DNA from: Candidatus Iainarchaeum sp.
Lineage (GTDB): Archaea; Iainarchaeota; Iainarchaeia; Iainarchaeales; DTGL01
Assembly: GCA_038736825.1 (NCBI GenBank)
Contig: JAVYME010000024.1
Span: 1 to 17,100 of the forward strand
Reading direction: 5' to 3'
DNA: 17,100 bases
This document shows positions 1 to 9,540 of this stretch, one piece after another. Position 1 is the stretch's first letter. Each line of letters begins with the position of its first letter. Made by a program: the position numbers and the translations under genes. The notes below the pieces were generated by a model. That model searched no databases. It saw only the letters and a list, made by a program, of their open reading frames with translations, and was not told where the DNA came from.

Positions 1-1338
1 ATCAATTCTTTTCAATTCCTTTTCTGGAATTGTTTTGAAGAGATTCCAGGCAATGTCTAGGGTTTCCTGTATGGAACGGTTTTCCTCGTATCCCTGGGCT
101 ATGAATTCTTTTTCAAAGCGTTCAGCGAATTTCAAGAATTGCTTGTCCCTTTCGCTTAAGGCTTCTTCGCCTACAACCGCCACCAAGTCCTTTTTGTCCA
201 TTCCTTCAGCATAAGCAGCATACAACTGGTTTGAAACACAAGCATGGTCTTCCCTTGTTTTTTCTGCGCCTATGCCGTGCGACATAAGCCTGCTCAGAGA
301 AGGCCTTGGATCTATTGGTGGAAAAATGTTTTCTCTGTGCAATGCCCTGCTCAAAACAATTTGCCCTTCCGTAATATAGCCAGTGTTGTCTGGAATTGGA
401 TGGGTTTTGTCGTCATCCGGCATTGAGAGGATTGGGAGCTGGGTTATTGAACCGGGTTTGCCTTTTATTCTGCCAGCTCTTTCATAAATTGACGCCAAGT
501 CTGTGTACATGTAGCCTGGATAGCCTCTCCTGCCAGGCACTTCCTCTCTTGCAGAACTGATTTCCCTTAATGCCTCGCAATAATTGGTCATGTCTGAAAG
601 AATTACTAGCACGTGCATGCCTTTTTCGAAAGCCAGGAATTCTGCAGCGGTTAACGCTATCCTTGGAGTAATGATTCTTTCAATTGCTGGGTCATCCGCA
701 TAGTTTAAGAACATTACAACTCGTTCAAGGGCACCGGTTTTTTCAAATTCTTCTCGGAAAAAGTTTGCCTCTTCCTTGGTTACCCCCATTGCTCCAAAAA
801 CTATGGAGAATTTTTCGCCACTGCCAAGCACTCTTGCCTGGCGAACAATTTGGGCTGCAATCTTGTTGTGTGGCAGTCCAGCACCAGAAAAAATTGGAAG
901 TTTTTGCCCTCTTACAAGAGTGTTCATGCCGTCTATTGCGCTAATCCCTGTTTGAATGAAATCGCTTGGATTGTCCCTGCTTGTGGGATTGATTGCCATT
1001 CCGTTTATGTCCAATTCTTTTTCCCCGATTATTTCTGGGCCGCCGTCAATGGGTTTTCCAGTGCCACTGAAAACCCGTCCAAGCAATTCCATGCCCACTT
1101 TCAGTTTTATTGTGTGCCCTAAAAATTTAACGCTTGATTTTTTTGTGTCAATGCCTGAAGTGCCTTCAAAAACTTGCACTACAGCCATGTCTTCGGATAC
1201 CTCTAGCACTTGCCCGTTTTTAATGCTTGAATCAGGCAGTTTGACTTGCACTGTTTCCTGAAACATCACGTTTTTAGTGTTTTTAACGAAAACAAGCGGC
1301 CCTGCAACCCTTTCAATAGTGGAATACTCTCGTATCAT
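1..1338 (-). CDS. atpB: A1AO (A/V-type) ATP synthase subunit B, 3' end truncated by the window edge
   Basis: Missing from the ORF track because it runs off the left edge. Minus-strand translation from the ATG at 1338-1336 stays open to position 1 (446 codons). It reads [20 protein letters not shown]...[19 protein letters not shown]...[26 protein letters not shown]...[25 protein letters not shown]...[12 protein letters not shown], typical of the non-catalytic B subunit. GGAGG lies 7 nt upstream. The start overlaps the atpA stop (ATGA). Confidence 0.95.
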   Translation of the reverse strand, partial: MIREYSTIERVAGPLVFVKNTKNVMFQETVQVKLPDSSIKNGQVLEVSEDMAVVQVFEGTSGIDTKKSSVKFLGHTIKLKVGMELLGRVFSGTGKPIDGGPEIIGEKELDINGMAINPTSRDNPSDFIQTGISAIDGMNTLVRGQKLPIFSGAGLPHNKIAAQIVRQARVLGSGEKFSIVFGAMGVTKEEANFFREEFEKTGALERVVMFLNYADDPAIERIITPRIALTAAEFLAFEKGMHVLVILSDMTNYCEALREISSAREEVPGRRGYPGYMYTDLASIYERAGRIKGKPGSITQLPILSMPDDDKTHPIPDNTGYITEGQIVLSRALHRENIFPPIDPRPSLSRLMSHGIGAEKTREDHACVSNQLYAAYAEGMDKKDLVAVVGEEALSERDKQFLKFAERFEKEFIAQGYEENRSIQETLDIAWNLFKTIPEKELKRID

Positions 1339-3101
1339 TGTTTCGCCTCCTTCTTTTTAGCGGAAGCCTCTTTTTTTCGGAGAGCTTCAAATTCTGCCTG
1401 GATTTGCTTCATCAGAGAAGCGATTTCTGTTTTGAATTTTTCGTTTTCAACAAATTTTAGCCTTGAAATCCTGTAAACTGATTCAAGATTGCTTATTTCT
1501 TCAGCGTCAGGGAATTCCAGTGACATTGCCTGTTCCCTGAAGAAAAGTATTGCGGAAATGATTCCAAGCTGTTTTTCGAGCGGGCAAAAAGTGTCAATTT
1601 CATGGTAAGCGTTTTGCTGCAAAAAGTCTTCTCTTACCATTCGCGCTATTTCAAGCGTCAAGCGCTCTTTTTGCGGCAAAGCATCAGGGCCGATTATTTG
1701 CACTATTTCAAGCAATTCTGCTTCTTTTTGCAATAATTCCATTGTGGTTTTTCTCGCTTTAGACCATTCCCTTGAAATGTTTTTGTCAGCCCATTTTCCT
1801 GTTTCTTCAGTGTAAAGCGAGTAAGAGGAAAGCCAGTTTATGGAGGGAAAATGCCTTCTTTCGCTTAAAGAGGCATCCAAAGCCCAAAAGACTTTGGTGA
1901 TGCGCAAAGTGTTTTGTGTCACTGGCTCTGAAAAGTCGCCGCCTGGAGGTGAAACCGCGCCGATTGCGCTTACAGAGCCAATTGTTTCATTCAAGGTTTT
2001 CACTCGCCCGGCTCTTTCATAGAATTCCGCAATTCTAGTGCCAAGGTATGCTGGATATCCTTCTTCGCCCGGCATTTCCTCCAAGCGAGATGAAACCTCT
2101 CTCAAGGCTTCAGCCCACCTTGAAGTGGAGTCAGCCATTAATGCGACATTGAATCCTTGATCGCGATAGTATTCTGCAATCGTGATGCCAGTGTAAACCG
2201 ATGCTTCCCTTGCAGCCACTGGCATGTTGGAAGTGTTTGCAATCAAAACGGTTCTTTTCATTAAAGGCTTGCCTGTTTTTGGATCCAAGAGTTTTGGAAA
2301 TTCTGTGAGCACGTCAGTCATTTCATTGCCTCTTTCACCGCAACCAACGTAAACAATTATGTCAGCATCAGCCCATTTTGCAAGGGCTTGCTGGAGGACA
2401 GTTTTGCCTGAACCAAACGGGCCTGGAATGCTTGCAGTGCCGCCTTTTGGCACTGGAAACAAAAAGTCTATTGTTCTCTGTCCTGTGACAAGCAGTTCAG
2501 AGGGTGAGAGTTTTTCAAGGTAGGGTCTTTGTTTTTTCACCGGCCATTCCTGCATGAGCTGGATTTTTTTTCCATTGATTTCGCAGATTGTTTCTTCAAC
2601 CGTGAAATCGCCTTCTTTTAAGCCTGAAATTTTTCCATGTATTGCGGGTGGCACTAGAATGTGGTGTAATATTGTTTCGGTTTCCCTTACAATGCCGATT
2701 TCTTGTCCGCCTTTCACTGTTTCCCCGTTTTTTGCTGTGGGCTTGAAGTGCCATTTCTTTTTTCTGTCCAGGGCTGGCGCTGAAACCCCTCTTGCAATAA
2801 AGTCTCCGCTTTGCTGTTTTATTATTTCAAGCGGTCTTTGAATGCCGTCATAAATGCTTCCAAGCAATCCGGGTCCCAGTTCAAGGCTTAAGGGGCTGCC
2901 GGTGAGTTCAACTGGTTCGCCTGGTTTTATGCCACTGGTTTCCTCGTAAACTTGAATGGTTGCCTTGTCTTTTTCCAAGCGAATTATTTCTCCAACCAGT
3001 TTTTCGTTTCCAATCCTTGCAACTTCGTTTATTTTGGCTCCCTGCAGGTTTTTTGCCTCTATTACTGGGCCTGAAATTTTGGTAATTATTGGTTTTTCCA
3101 T
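1335..3101 (-). CDS. atpA: A1AO ATP synthase catalytic subunit A
   Basis: 588-aa ORF with Walker [10 protein letters not shown]. Other typical stretches are [43 protein letters not shown] and [27 protein letters not shown] lies upstream of the ATG. It sits between atpF and atpB. Confidence 0.97.
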   Translation of the reverse strand: MEKPIITKISGPVIEAKNLQGAKINEVARIGNEKLVGEIIRLEKDKATIQVYEETSGIKPGEPVELTGSPLSLELGPGLLGSIYDGIQRPLEIIKQQSGDFIARGVSAPALDRKKKWHFKPTAKNGETVKGGQEIGIVRETETILHHILVPPAIHGKISGLKEGDFTVEETICEINGKKIQLMQEWPVKKQRPYLEKLSPSELLVTGQRTIDFLFPVPKGGTASIPGPFGSGKTVLQQALAKWADADIIVYVGCGERGNEMTDVLTEFPKLLDPKTGKPLMKRTVLIANTSNMPVAAREASVYTGITIAEYYRDQGFNVALMADSTSRWAEALREVSSRLEEMPGEEGYPAYLGTRIAEFYERAGRVKTLNETIGSVSAIGAVSPPGGDFSEPVTQNTLRITKVFWALDASLSERRHFPSINWLSSYSLYTEETGKWADKNISREWSKARKTTMELLQKEAELLEIVQIIGPDALPQKERLTLEIARMVREDFLQQNAYHEIDTFCPLEKQLGIISAILFFREQAMSLEFPDAEEISNLESVYRISRLKFVENEKFKTEIASLMKQIQAEFEALRKKEASAKKKEAKQ

Positions 3102-3115
3102 TGTTTTTTTCCTCC

Positions 3116-3454
3116 TCAGCTTGAACCTGAAGCTTTTTTTGTTATGTGTTCGGTTATTCCAATGCTTTTTTTTCCGGTTTTGTCCGGAATTTCTATTATT
3201 ATGGGGTTTTTGTTTGCTTCAATGAATAAAAAAATTTCTTTTTTTATTGGTGAACAGGAATTGTCAATTATGAGGATGCCTGTGCTTGGATCGGCTGTAA
3301 GGGTTTCAAACTGTCTTAATAGGGCTTGAGGGTTTTCCTCTGCAACAATTGTTTTTTTTATTCCGGCTAGCTTGAAGCCGGTAACCGTGTTTTTGCTGCC
3401 TAAAACTGTGATTTGCAGTTGTTGTCCTTCTTTTTTTTGCATTGAATCGCTCAT
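3116..3454 (-). CDS. atpF: A1AO ATP synthase subunit F
   Basis: 112-aa ORF in the canonical position between C and A. The pattern [19 protein letters not shown]...GILIID...IIEIP fits the small alpha/beta F subunit. Its start is 3 nt after the atpC stop. Confidence 0.85.
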   Translation of the reverse strand: MSDSMQKKEGQQLQITVLGSKNTVTGFKLAGIKKTIVAEENPQALLRQFETLTADPSTGILIIDNSCSPIKKEIFLFIEANKNPIIIEIPDKTGKKSIGITEHITKKASGSS

Positions 3455-3457
3455 TTT

Positions 3458-4603
3458 TCACACCGCTATTGCGATTTCCATTATTTGTTCTTTTGGCAGT
3501 CCAAGCCTTATGCCATTCAATATTGTTTTCAGGTTTAATATTTCTCTTTCTTTGAGGGCTAAATAGCAGGCAATCGGGGTTAAGCCAAAGGGCTGCCTTA
3601 AAGAGTAGGCATTGATTTCTTGAGCCCAAAATTCGTCCAATGCTTTTTCTGCTTGAAAGAGCGAGCCTTTCTCCAATTCTTTTGCTTTTTCTGAAAGTAT
3701 TGCGTGATAGGGAGTGCCTTCAAGCGCGCTTATTGCACTGTTGATGTCAACTGCTTCTGCAAGCGCTTCTGTTTTTTTTTCTTGAATGAAATAACCGTTT
3801 TTGAACAAAAGGGTTTTTGTTTTTTCAGTGCCAAGCTTGTCTTTGATGCAGCGCAAGACTATTTTTATTTTCAGTATGTCTGCTTGCATTCCATAAATTT
3901 TTCCCAGGTATTGCGAGTCCTGCATTATTCCAGCGTTTCTGGCGGTTTCATCTATTTTTGCTTTTCTTAAAATGCTTTCAAGCAAGTGCTTGTCCAAGGC
4001 TTGCTGTATTTCCCTTGGAGTCGGGTTTTGTGGCAATGATTCCACTGCTTCGCGATAGCTTGTGGCTTTCAGCAATTCAATGATTTCCTGCATGGAATTG
4101 GCTTCACTGAGTTTTTGCAAAAAGGCTTCAGAGAGAGGGCCTGGATAGAACTCTTGGATTGTTTGCTCTGTTTCTTTTGCGGCAATTATTGCTTTAATGT
4201 TTTCAACGTCGTATTTGGCGCTGACAATTTTGAAGAACTGGGTTGCTTTTCTCGGGCACATTCCAATTATTGCTTTGTAGTCGTGGGCTAAACTCAAGGC
4301 AAGCGATTTTTCTATTTCTTCAATTCCTGTTTTTCCTGCAATGAAGGTTTCATAGCCTGTGCCTTCAAAAGAGCCTATTACGTCCCTTAAATCCATTGAT
4401 TCCACTAGTTCCCTTATTTTTTCGCGTCCAAGCATTTTGCCTTTCATTACCCTTACTCTAGAGGAAGGGTAAGAGTATTGGGCTATTGGCATTGCCTTTA
4501 TTATTAAAAACATTAAGGCGAAACCGCCAGCAAGTATTGCTGCAAGCAAAATGCTGTCAACCAGCAATCCAATGCCGAAAAGCCCGGTTGCCATTTCATT
4601 CAC
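3458..4603 (-). CDS. atpC: A1AO ATP synthase subunit C (eukaryotic d-like) with an unusual hydrophobic N-terminal extension
   Basis: 381-aa ORF between atpE and atpF. The conserved subunit-C start YSYPSSRVRVMKGKML appears only at about residue 43. The start codon is ambiguous. One option is GTG at 4603, an 8-nt overlap with atpE. The other is ATG at 4594, 1 nt after the atpE stop with GGTGA upstream. An internal ATG at 4492 would give a canonical-length protein. Confidence 0.85.
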   Translation of the reverse strand: MNEMATGLFGIGLLVDSILLAAILAGGFALMFLIIKAMPIAQYSYPSSRVRVMKGKMLGREKIRELVESMDLRDVIGSFEGTGYETFIAGKTGIEEIEKSLALSLAHDYKAIIGMCPRKATQFFKIVSAKYDVENIKAIIAAKETEQTIQEFYPGPLSEAFLQKLSEANSMQEIIELLKATSYREAVESLPQNPTPREIQQALDKHLLESILRKAKIDETARNAGIMQDSQYLGKIYGMQADILKIKIVLRCIKDKLGTEKTKTLLFKNGYFIQEKKTEALAEAVDINSAISALEGTPYHAILSEKAKELEKGSLFQAEKALDEFWAQEINAYSLRQPFGLTPIACYLALKEREILNLKTILNGIRLGLPKEQIMEIAIAV

Positions 4604-5159
4604 CGATTTCCTTCAACAATTCTTTTTTCAGTTCTTGTTTTTTTTCTTCAAGCAATGCTGCAAAAGTGCAGTCAATTTTTATGCTTTCGTCAGCGCTTTT
4701 GATTATTGCGCCTGGGCTCATGTTTTTCACTGTTTCAATTTTTGCGCTTTTATTGTTTTTTTGCAAGAGTTTTGCGTCCTCTGGTGAAACTTGAATTGTG
4801 ATTGTTCCTGCTGGCATTTCTTTTATGGCCTCTGTCACCATTGAATTGAATTTTTTTGCAAAGTTTTTTTGTTTTCTCAGCAATTGAAGGGTTTTGGATG
4901 CATTGCTTATTATTTCTTCCAGTTTTTTGTCCAAAAGCAGTGCGATTTCTTTTTGGGCGTTTAGGTTTGCTCGCGCAATTTCTCTTTTTTTTGCGGTTTC
5001 TGCTTCGCTTTTGGCTTTTTCTCTTGCCATTGCAATGATTTCTTGCGCTTTTGCTTGTGCTTGGGATTTAATGCGCGCTGTTTCCCTTTCGCATTCGGTT
5101 TCTATGGCTTTCGCTCTCTTTTGCGCATCGCTTTTTATTTTTTCCATTATTCCTTGCAT
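4596..5159 (-). CDS. atpE: A1AO ATP synthase subunit E (peripheral stalk)
   Basis: 187-aa ORF. The N-terminal half is a charged coiled coil (KSDAQKRAKAIETECERETARIKSQAQAKAQEI...) followed by a globular C-terminus. It occupies the canonical position between K and C. Confidence 0.85.
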   Translation of the reverse strand: MQGIMEKIKSDAQKRAKAIETECERETARIKSQAQAKAQEIIAMAREKAKSEAETAKKREIARANLNAQKEIALLLDKKLEEIISNASKTLQLLRKQKNFAKKFNSMVTEAIKEMPAGTITIQVSPEDAKLLQKNNKSAKIETVKNMSPGAIIKSADESIKIDCTFAALLEEKKQELKKELLKEIGE

Positions 5160-5189
5160 TTTTTTGCCTTTTGTTTTTTTTTCTGGGTT

Positions 5190-5447
5190 TTAAAGGAATC
5201 CAGCGCCGGCTGCAACCACAAAGATTATCAGGATTGCAATCACAAGCCCGTATATTGCTTGGGTTTCAGGTATTGCGGTTAATACGAGCATTTTGCCAAA
5301 ACTGTAGTCTTTTTCTGCAACCCCTCCTGCTGCGGCTGCTGCTGCAATTCCTTGGCCTAAGCCTGAACCTGCTGCAGCTATTCCCACTGCAAGCCCTGCG
5401 CCTATCATCATTAAGCCCAAGGCGTTCATTGAAACTGGGTCAACCAT
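5190..5447 (-). CDS. atpK: A1AO ATP synthase proteolipid (c/K) subunit, single two-helix hairpin
   Basis: 85 aa with two hydrophobic helices rich in Gly and Ala (GAGLAVGIAAAGSGLGQGIAAAAAAGG). The ion-binding carboxylate lies in LTAIPETQAIYGLV. GGAGGTG is 8 nt upstream. There is an 8-nt overlap (ATGGTTGA) with the atpI stop. Confidence 0.9.
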   Translation of the reverse strand: MVDPVSMNALGLMMIGAGLAVGIAAAGSGLGQGIAAAAAAGGVAEKDYSFGKMLVLTAIPETQAIYGLVIAILIIFVVAAGAGFL

Positions 5448-7416
5448 TTTTTTGCACCTCCGTTTTTTTGGTTATTTTTCTTGGCACATGGAATGGCTTG
5501 AATTCTTTTCCATTGCCTGCGTAAAAGAATGAAAAGAATTCCACGAAATGCAGTCTTAAAGGGTGAATGAAAGAGCTTAAAATGTTGAAAACCAGGTTTG
5601 CTGTGTGCCCGAAAACCATTATTATTGCCCATAAAGCAAATCCAATGTATGGTATGTCAAAGAAAAGCTTGGCAATTATGTTGATGGACATTGCAACTGC
5701 AAAGGTTGCAAGGCTTAAAACCATTAGCCTTAAATAGGATAAAGTGTTGCCCATAAAACCGGTTATTTTCATTAACCCCAAGGGTCCGCCTGATAATAGC
5801 ATTAGGGCGAGCGAGGCAAGCAAGAGGCATAATCCTGCAAGGATTGCAATTTCTTGTCCTGGAAGGATTGTTCCAATTGCGTACAAGGCAATTCCGCCTT
5901 CAAGCAACAAGTAAACCATTTTGTCTTCAAGTGCTGCCTTGTAGTTTTTTTTCCTGAGTTCTTCTTTGAAGCCCAAAACTATTGCAAGGGTTAAGTGAAG
6001 CAATCCAACCAAAATCATTGCTCCAATGAAGAGCAATGCAATGCTTTGCCCTTCAAGGGTTTTGCCGAATGGATCCAGTAAAGCTATTTTTTTCATGCTT
6101 TCGCCGCCTAAATCGCCAAAAAAGCCGCCGAAAACCCAGCCGAAAAAGATTGTGGCAATTGAGCCGTGAACCAAAATGCTTGAAAGCTGTTTCCAGGAAT
6201 CGCTTTTTTTTCCAAGAAAGTGTTTTAAGAAAAGCGATATTGCAAGCAACACAAAACCGTAACCAATGTCAGAGAACGCTATTCCAAAAAAAACAGGATA
6301 GAGTATGGCAATAAAGAAGGTGGGGTCAATGGAGCCATATTCTGGCAATCCATACATTTTCACCAAAAACTCGTAGTTTTTAAAATAGCCCTTGTTTTCC
6401 AGCATTACTGGGGCTTCCTCTTCCTTGAATTGCATTTCTTCAATGTAATGCCTGCCTTTAGTGTTTTTTTCAATTTTTTCCCTGAACCTGTTTTCCAGTT
6501 TTTCTGGAACAAATGCTTCAAAGAAAACTGTTTTTTGAGTGCGAGCGAACATTTGAAAGGCTTTGCCCTTGGATTTCTCTATTTCAAGCAATTCTTGCAA
6601 GACTGAAACCCTTCCAGCGTGCTTTTTTTCCAGTTGTCGGCATTCCAAAACAATTGCCTTTTTTTCCTCTTCCAGCTGGCGCAATTCCTTTTCAGCCTTT
6701 CGTATAAGGTTTGCTGGCTTGCCAGAGCGCTCTGGCACTATCAGCCTGTCAAAGCCGATTTTTTTAAGGCTTTGCATTATGCTTTCTTGCGCTTCTGTTT
6801 CCACAGAGAACAAGACTGTTTTTTCTCCAACGCTTTCAGTTATCTTCAAAAGGGATGCTTGTTTTTGTTTTTTGAAGAAAGCCAGCAATTCGTCCTCAAA
6901 CTCTGGCGGGATTTTTCCAACAACAACCGAAATGCTTTTGTATCCTGCAAGGAGGTCCAATTCAATGCCGAGTTCTTGAATGCTTTCAAGTATTAGTTTT
7001 TCCTTTTGAATTGCTATGGAGCGCTCTTCTGCTTTTTTCAGTCTTGAATCCAGGGCTTCAATTTTGCTTGCAAGCCCGCCAAGGAATTCGTCAGCGCTTT
7101 TCTTGAACGAATTGAAGTCAGCGGGAGCTTTTTCCTTTAAAGGCTCTCTTGTTGAAAGGAATTCTTTTATTTTTTCTTTCAAGGATTGCGGTTCAGAGTG
7201 CGCTTTAAAAAAACCTAAAATCCTTTTCGCGCGCGTTAACTGGAATGAGGCAAAGCGCTCCCTTTCATTAAAATCAAAAGCGTTGAGGTTTTTTCCTTCA
7301 ATGTCAACGCGCTTGAATTCAACCAGTTCTTCTTCGTGAAAGTCATCCAGCACTTTTTGAGTGTCCTCTTCAAGCAATATTACTGAAAACTTTTTCATTT
7401 TAGCCGGCTTAAGCAT
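5440..7416 (-). CDS. atpI: A1AO ATP synthase subunit I (stator a-subunit)
   Basis: The N-terminal half is soluble and coiled-coil rich. The C-terminal half has multiple transmembrane helices and ends ...HPLRLHFVEFFSFFY. I chose the ATG at 7416 (MLKPAKMKKFSV..., the usual M-L/F-K/R-P-x-K/R-M start). It has GGAGG 8 nt upstream and overlaps the atpH stop by 8 nt. The ORF-track start at 7479 would add 21 atypical residues. Confidence 0.9.
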   Translation of the reverse strand: MLKPAKMKKFSVILLEEDTQKVLDDFHEEELVEFKRVDIEGKNLNAFDFNERERFASFQLTRAKRILGFFKAHSEPQSLKEKIKEFLSTREPLKEKAPADFNSFKKSADEFLGGLASKIEALDSRLKKAEERSIAIQKEKLILESIQELGIELDLLAGYKSISVVVGKIPPEFEDELLAFFKKQKQASLLKITESVGEKTVLFSVETEAQESIMQSLKKIGFDRLIVPERSGKPANLIRKAEKELRQLEEEKKAIVLECRQLEKKHAGRVSVLQELLEIEKSKGKAFQMFARTQKTVFFEAFVPEKLENRFREKIEKNTKGRHYIEEMQFKEEEAPVMLENKGYFKNYEFLVKMYGLPEYGSIDPTFFIAILYPVFFGIAFSDIGYGFVLLAISLFLKHFLGKKSDSWKQLSSILVHGSIATIFFGWVFGGFFGDLGGESMKKIALLDPFGKTLEGQSIALLFIGAMILVGLLHLTLAIVLGFKEELRKKNYKAALEDKMVYLLLEGGIALYAIGTILPGQEIAILAGLCLLLASLALMLLSGGPLGLMKITGFMGNTLSYLRLMVLSLATFAVAMSINIIAKLFFDIPYIGFALWAIIMVFGHTANLVFNILSSFIHPLRLHFVEFFSFFYAGNGKEFKPFHVPRKITKKTEVQKNG

Positions 7417-7717
7417 CCAAAAGCCTCCGCAAAACAATTGCTTGCAGTTCACTGCTTTTTTCTGAAATTTTTCTTTCAAGCGCTTCCATTTTTTTGCGTG
7501 AAACCCTTTCTATTTCTTTTGCCTTTTCCTGTCCTTCAAGCCGGCCTTTTTCAATTATTTCGTTTCTTTCCTTTTCAGCTTGCAATAAAGCGTTTTTTAT
7601 GGTTTCTTGGGCTTCAAGCTCTGCCTTTCTGGTTAAATCCTCTTTTCGTTTTTCGGCTTTTTCAATCAAAGCATTGCTTTCCTGCTCCAATTGCCTTATT
7701 TCCTTTAAAACCTGCAT
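7409..7717 (-). CDS. atpH: A1AO ATP synthase subunit H (peripheral stalk coiled-coil protein)
   Basis: First gene of the operon. It encodes a 102-aa, entirely charged helical protein (MQVLKEIRQLEQESNALIEKAEKRKEDLTRKAELEAQ...). I chose the ATG at 7717 rather than the ORF-track start at 7798, which adds an F/K-rich read-through of the promoter region. The call rests on position, size and composition. Confidence 0.7.
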   Translation of the reverse strand: MQVLKEIRQLEQESNALIEKAEKRKEDLTRKAELEAQETIKNALLQAEKERNEIIEKGRLEGQEKAKEIERVSRKKMEALERKISEKSSELQAIVLRRLLDA

Positions 7718-7824
7718 TTTTTTCCCTTTTTTTGTTTTTACTGAAAAAAAAAACTTGAAGGCGAATATATTTCCTTTCCACCAAACCTTTAAAAGCATTT
7801 TTTAAAGGATTTGTGGATTAAAGA
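7718..7824. promoter_or_regulatory. Divergent intergenic promoter region between the atp operon and argS
   Basis: 107 bp, very AT-rich. On the minus strand, TATA-like AAATATAT (complement of about 7764-7771) follows purine-rich GGAAAGG and lies about 50 nt upstream of the atpH ATG. On the plus strand, TTTTTTAAAGG (7798-7808) lies about 20-25 nt upstream of the argS ATG. No experimental support. Confidence 0.35.
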
Positions 7825-9540
7825 ATGCTTATGGAGTTAAGGAAAGGCATAGCTGGGGCTTTTTCTGTTGCAGCAAGCGTGCCCTTGGAAAAGGCTTTGG
7901 CTTTGATTGAACGCCCTCCAGACAAAAAATTCGGAGATTTTTCCATTCCAGTGTTTTCTTTGTGCTCTAAAAGCGAAAACCCAGCAAAAAAAGCACTGGA
8001 AATAAGGCAAAAAATGAAAACCCCGGAAGGAATTTCAAAAATAGAAGTTGTTGGACCTTACATTAATTTTTTCCTGGATGAATCAGTATTTTTTGCTTCA
8101 GTAATGGAGTCAATTCTTTTATTGCAAGAGAATTTCGGGAAAAGCGATAAAGGCAAGGGCAAAAATGTCATGGTGGAATATTCTGCACCCAACACCAACA
8201 AGCCATTGCATATAGGGCATTTGAGGAACGACTGCATTGGCATGAGCGTTAGCGCTTTGTTTGAGGCAGCTGGGTGGAGGGTAATTAGGGCAAACCTTGT
8301 GAATGACCGCGGAATCCACATTTGCCAGGCAATGGTTGCCTACCAAAAATTCGGTGAAGGCAAAACCCCGCAATCCGCGAAAACCAAGGGCGACAAGTTT
8401 GTGGGCGATTTTTATGTGCAATTCAATCAAAAAGCAAAGGAAAACCCTGAATTGCAAGAGGAAGCCAGGGTTTTGCTTCAAAAATGGGAGTCTGGAGACA
8501 AACAAACAAGGGCTTTATGGAAAAAAATGCGCGAATGGGTGCTTTCAGGATTCAATGCAACCTATAAAAAGTTCGGTTCAACCTTTGAAGAAACCTTTTT
8601 TGAATCCGATTTTTACGACAAAGCAAAACCATTAATAGAATTGGGCTTGAAAAAAGGGGTTTTTGAAAAAACACCAGAGGGAGCCATAATTGCCAGGCTG
8701 GAAAAACACGGCTTGCCTGACAAAACCGTTCTCAGGGCTGACGGAACAAGCATTTACATTTCAAACGATTTGGCTTTGACAAAATTCAAGCAAGAAAAAT
8801 TCAATTTGCACAAAAACATTTTTTGCGTTGCAAGCGAGCAAGACCTTTATTTCAGGCAATTGTTCAAAATACTGGAATTGCTTGGGTTTGCTTGGGCTAA
8901 AAACTGCGAGCACTTGAGTTATGGCTTGGTGTTTTTGCCGGAAGGCAAAATGAAAAGCCGTGAAGGAAAAGTGATAGATGCAGACGACCTAATAGCAAAA
9001 ATTGAAGGCATTGCATTAAAAGAAGTTGAAAAAAGGTATCCCAAACTAAAGGAAAAGGAAAAGAAAAAAAGGGCTGAAACCATAGCCCTGGCGGCAATAA
9101 AGTTTGCAATGCTCAAAATAGACCACAAAAAAGATTTCACTTTTTTGCCAGAACAATCCTTGAGCTTTGAAGGCGAATCAGGGCCATACCTGTTATACTC
9201 TTATGCAAGGGCTAAAAGCGTTTTAAGAAAGGCTGAATGGAAAGGCACTGGCAAAACAAAAACAGATTTTTCCAAGCTTTCAAGCGAAAAAGAAAAAGCA
9301 ATTTTGAAAACCCTTGCGGTTTTCCCAGAAACAATTGAAAAAGCCTTGAATGAAAGAAACCCGAGCCTTTTATGCCATTTCCTTTTATCACTGGCAGAAC
9401 AATTCAATGCCTATTACCATGAAACAAAAATAATAGGTTCAACAGAGGAAAAGGAACGGCTTGCGCTCACAAAAGCAGTTTCCATTGTCTTAAAATCAGG
9501 CCTTTCGCTTTTAAACATTTCTGTTTTGGAGGAAATGTGA
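7825..9540 (+). CDS. argS: Arginyl-tRNA synthetase
   Basis: 571-aa ORF with the class I HIGH motif (EYSAPNTNKPLHIGHLRN). It also has the ArgRS-type second signature region GKMKSREGKVI and a C-terminal anticodon-binding style helical domain (GPYLLYSYARAKSVLRKA). Confidence 0.95.
   Translation: MLMELRKGIAGAFSVAASVPLEKALALIERPPDKKFGDFSIPVFSLCSKSENPAKKALEIRQKMKTPEGISKIEVVGPYINFFLDESVFFASVMESILLLQENFGKSDKGKGKNVMVEYSAPNTNKPLHIGHLRNDCIGMSVSALFEAAGWRVIRANLVNDRGIHICQAMVAYQKFGEGKTPQSAKTKGDKFVGDFYVQFNQKAKENPELQEEARVLLQKWESGDKQTRALWKKMREWVLSGFNATYKKFGSTFEETFFESDFYDKAKPLIELGLKKGVFEKTPEGAIIARLEKHGLPDKTVLRADGTSIYISNDLALTKFKQEKFNLHKNIFCVASEQDLYFRQLFKILELLGFAWAKNCEHLSYGLVFLPEGKMKSREGKVIDADDLIAKIEGIALKEVEKRYPKLKEKEKKKRAETIALAAIKFAMLKIDHKKDFTFLPEQSLSFEGESGPYLLYSYARAKSVLRKAEWKGTGKTKTDFSKLSSEKEKAILKTLAVFPETIEKALNERNPSLLCHFLLSLAEQFNAYYHETKIIGSTEEKERLALTKAVSIVLKSGLSLLNISVLEEM

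Noticed and set aside
244-1261. Several 60-101-aa plus-strand ORFs at the left end.
   Set aside because: All lie antisense within the unambiguous atpB reading frame. Their composition is typical of shadow frames.
1335-3101. Possible intein or insertion in atpA, as seen in some archaeal A subunits.
   Set aside because: The 588-aa protein is collinear with a normal A subunit. There is no extra block of about 150-450 aa and no intein splice motifs after the P-loop.
3306-3629. A 107-aa minus-strand ORF spanning the atpC/atpF junction, and a 68-aa ORF at 5426-5632.
   Set aside because: Both are out-of-frame overlaps with confidently assigned ATP synthase genes. Their basic, low-complexity translations are typical of alternative frames.
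5160-7760. Long homopolymer runs, such as the A10 at 7744-7753 and the T8-T9 tracts, as possible frameshift or pseudogene sites.
   Set aside because: The longest runs are intergenic. Those inside genes do not interrupt any reading frame, and all atp genes are intact.
7417-7798. Longer ORF-track versions of atpI (start 7479) and atpH (start 7798).
   Set aside because: The extensions read MKEKFQKKAVNCKQLFCGGFW and MLLKVWWKGNIFAFKFFFSVKTKKGKK. They lack SD motifs and look like translated overlap or promoter DNA. Internal ATGs with GGAGG or canonical N-termini fit better.
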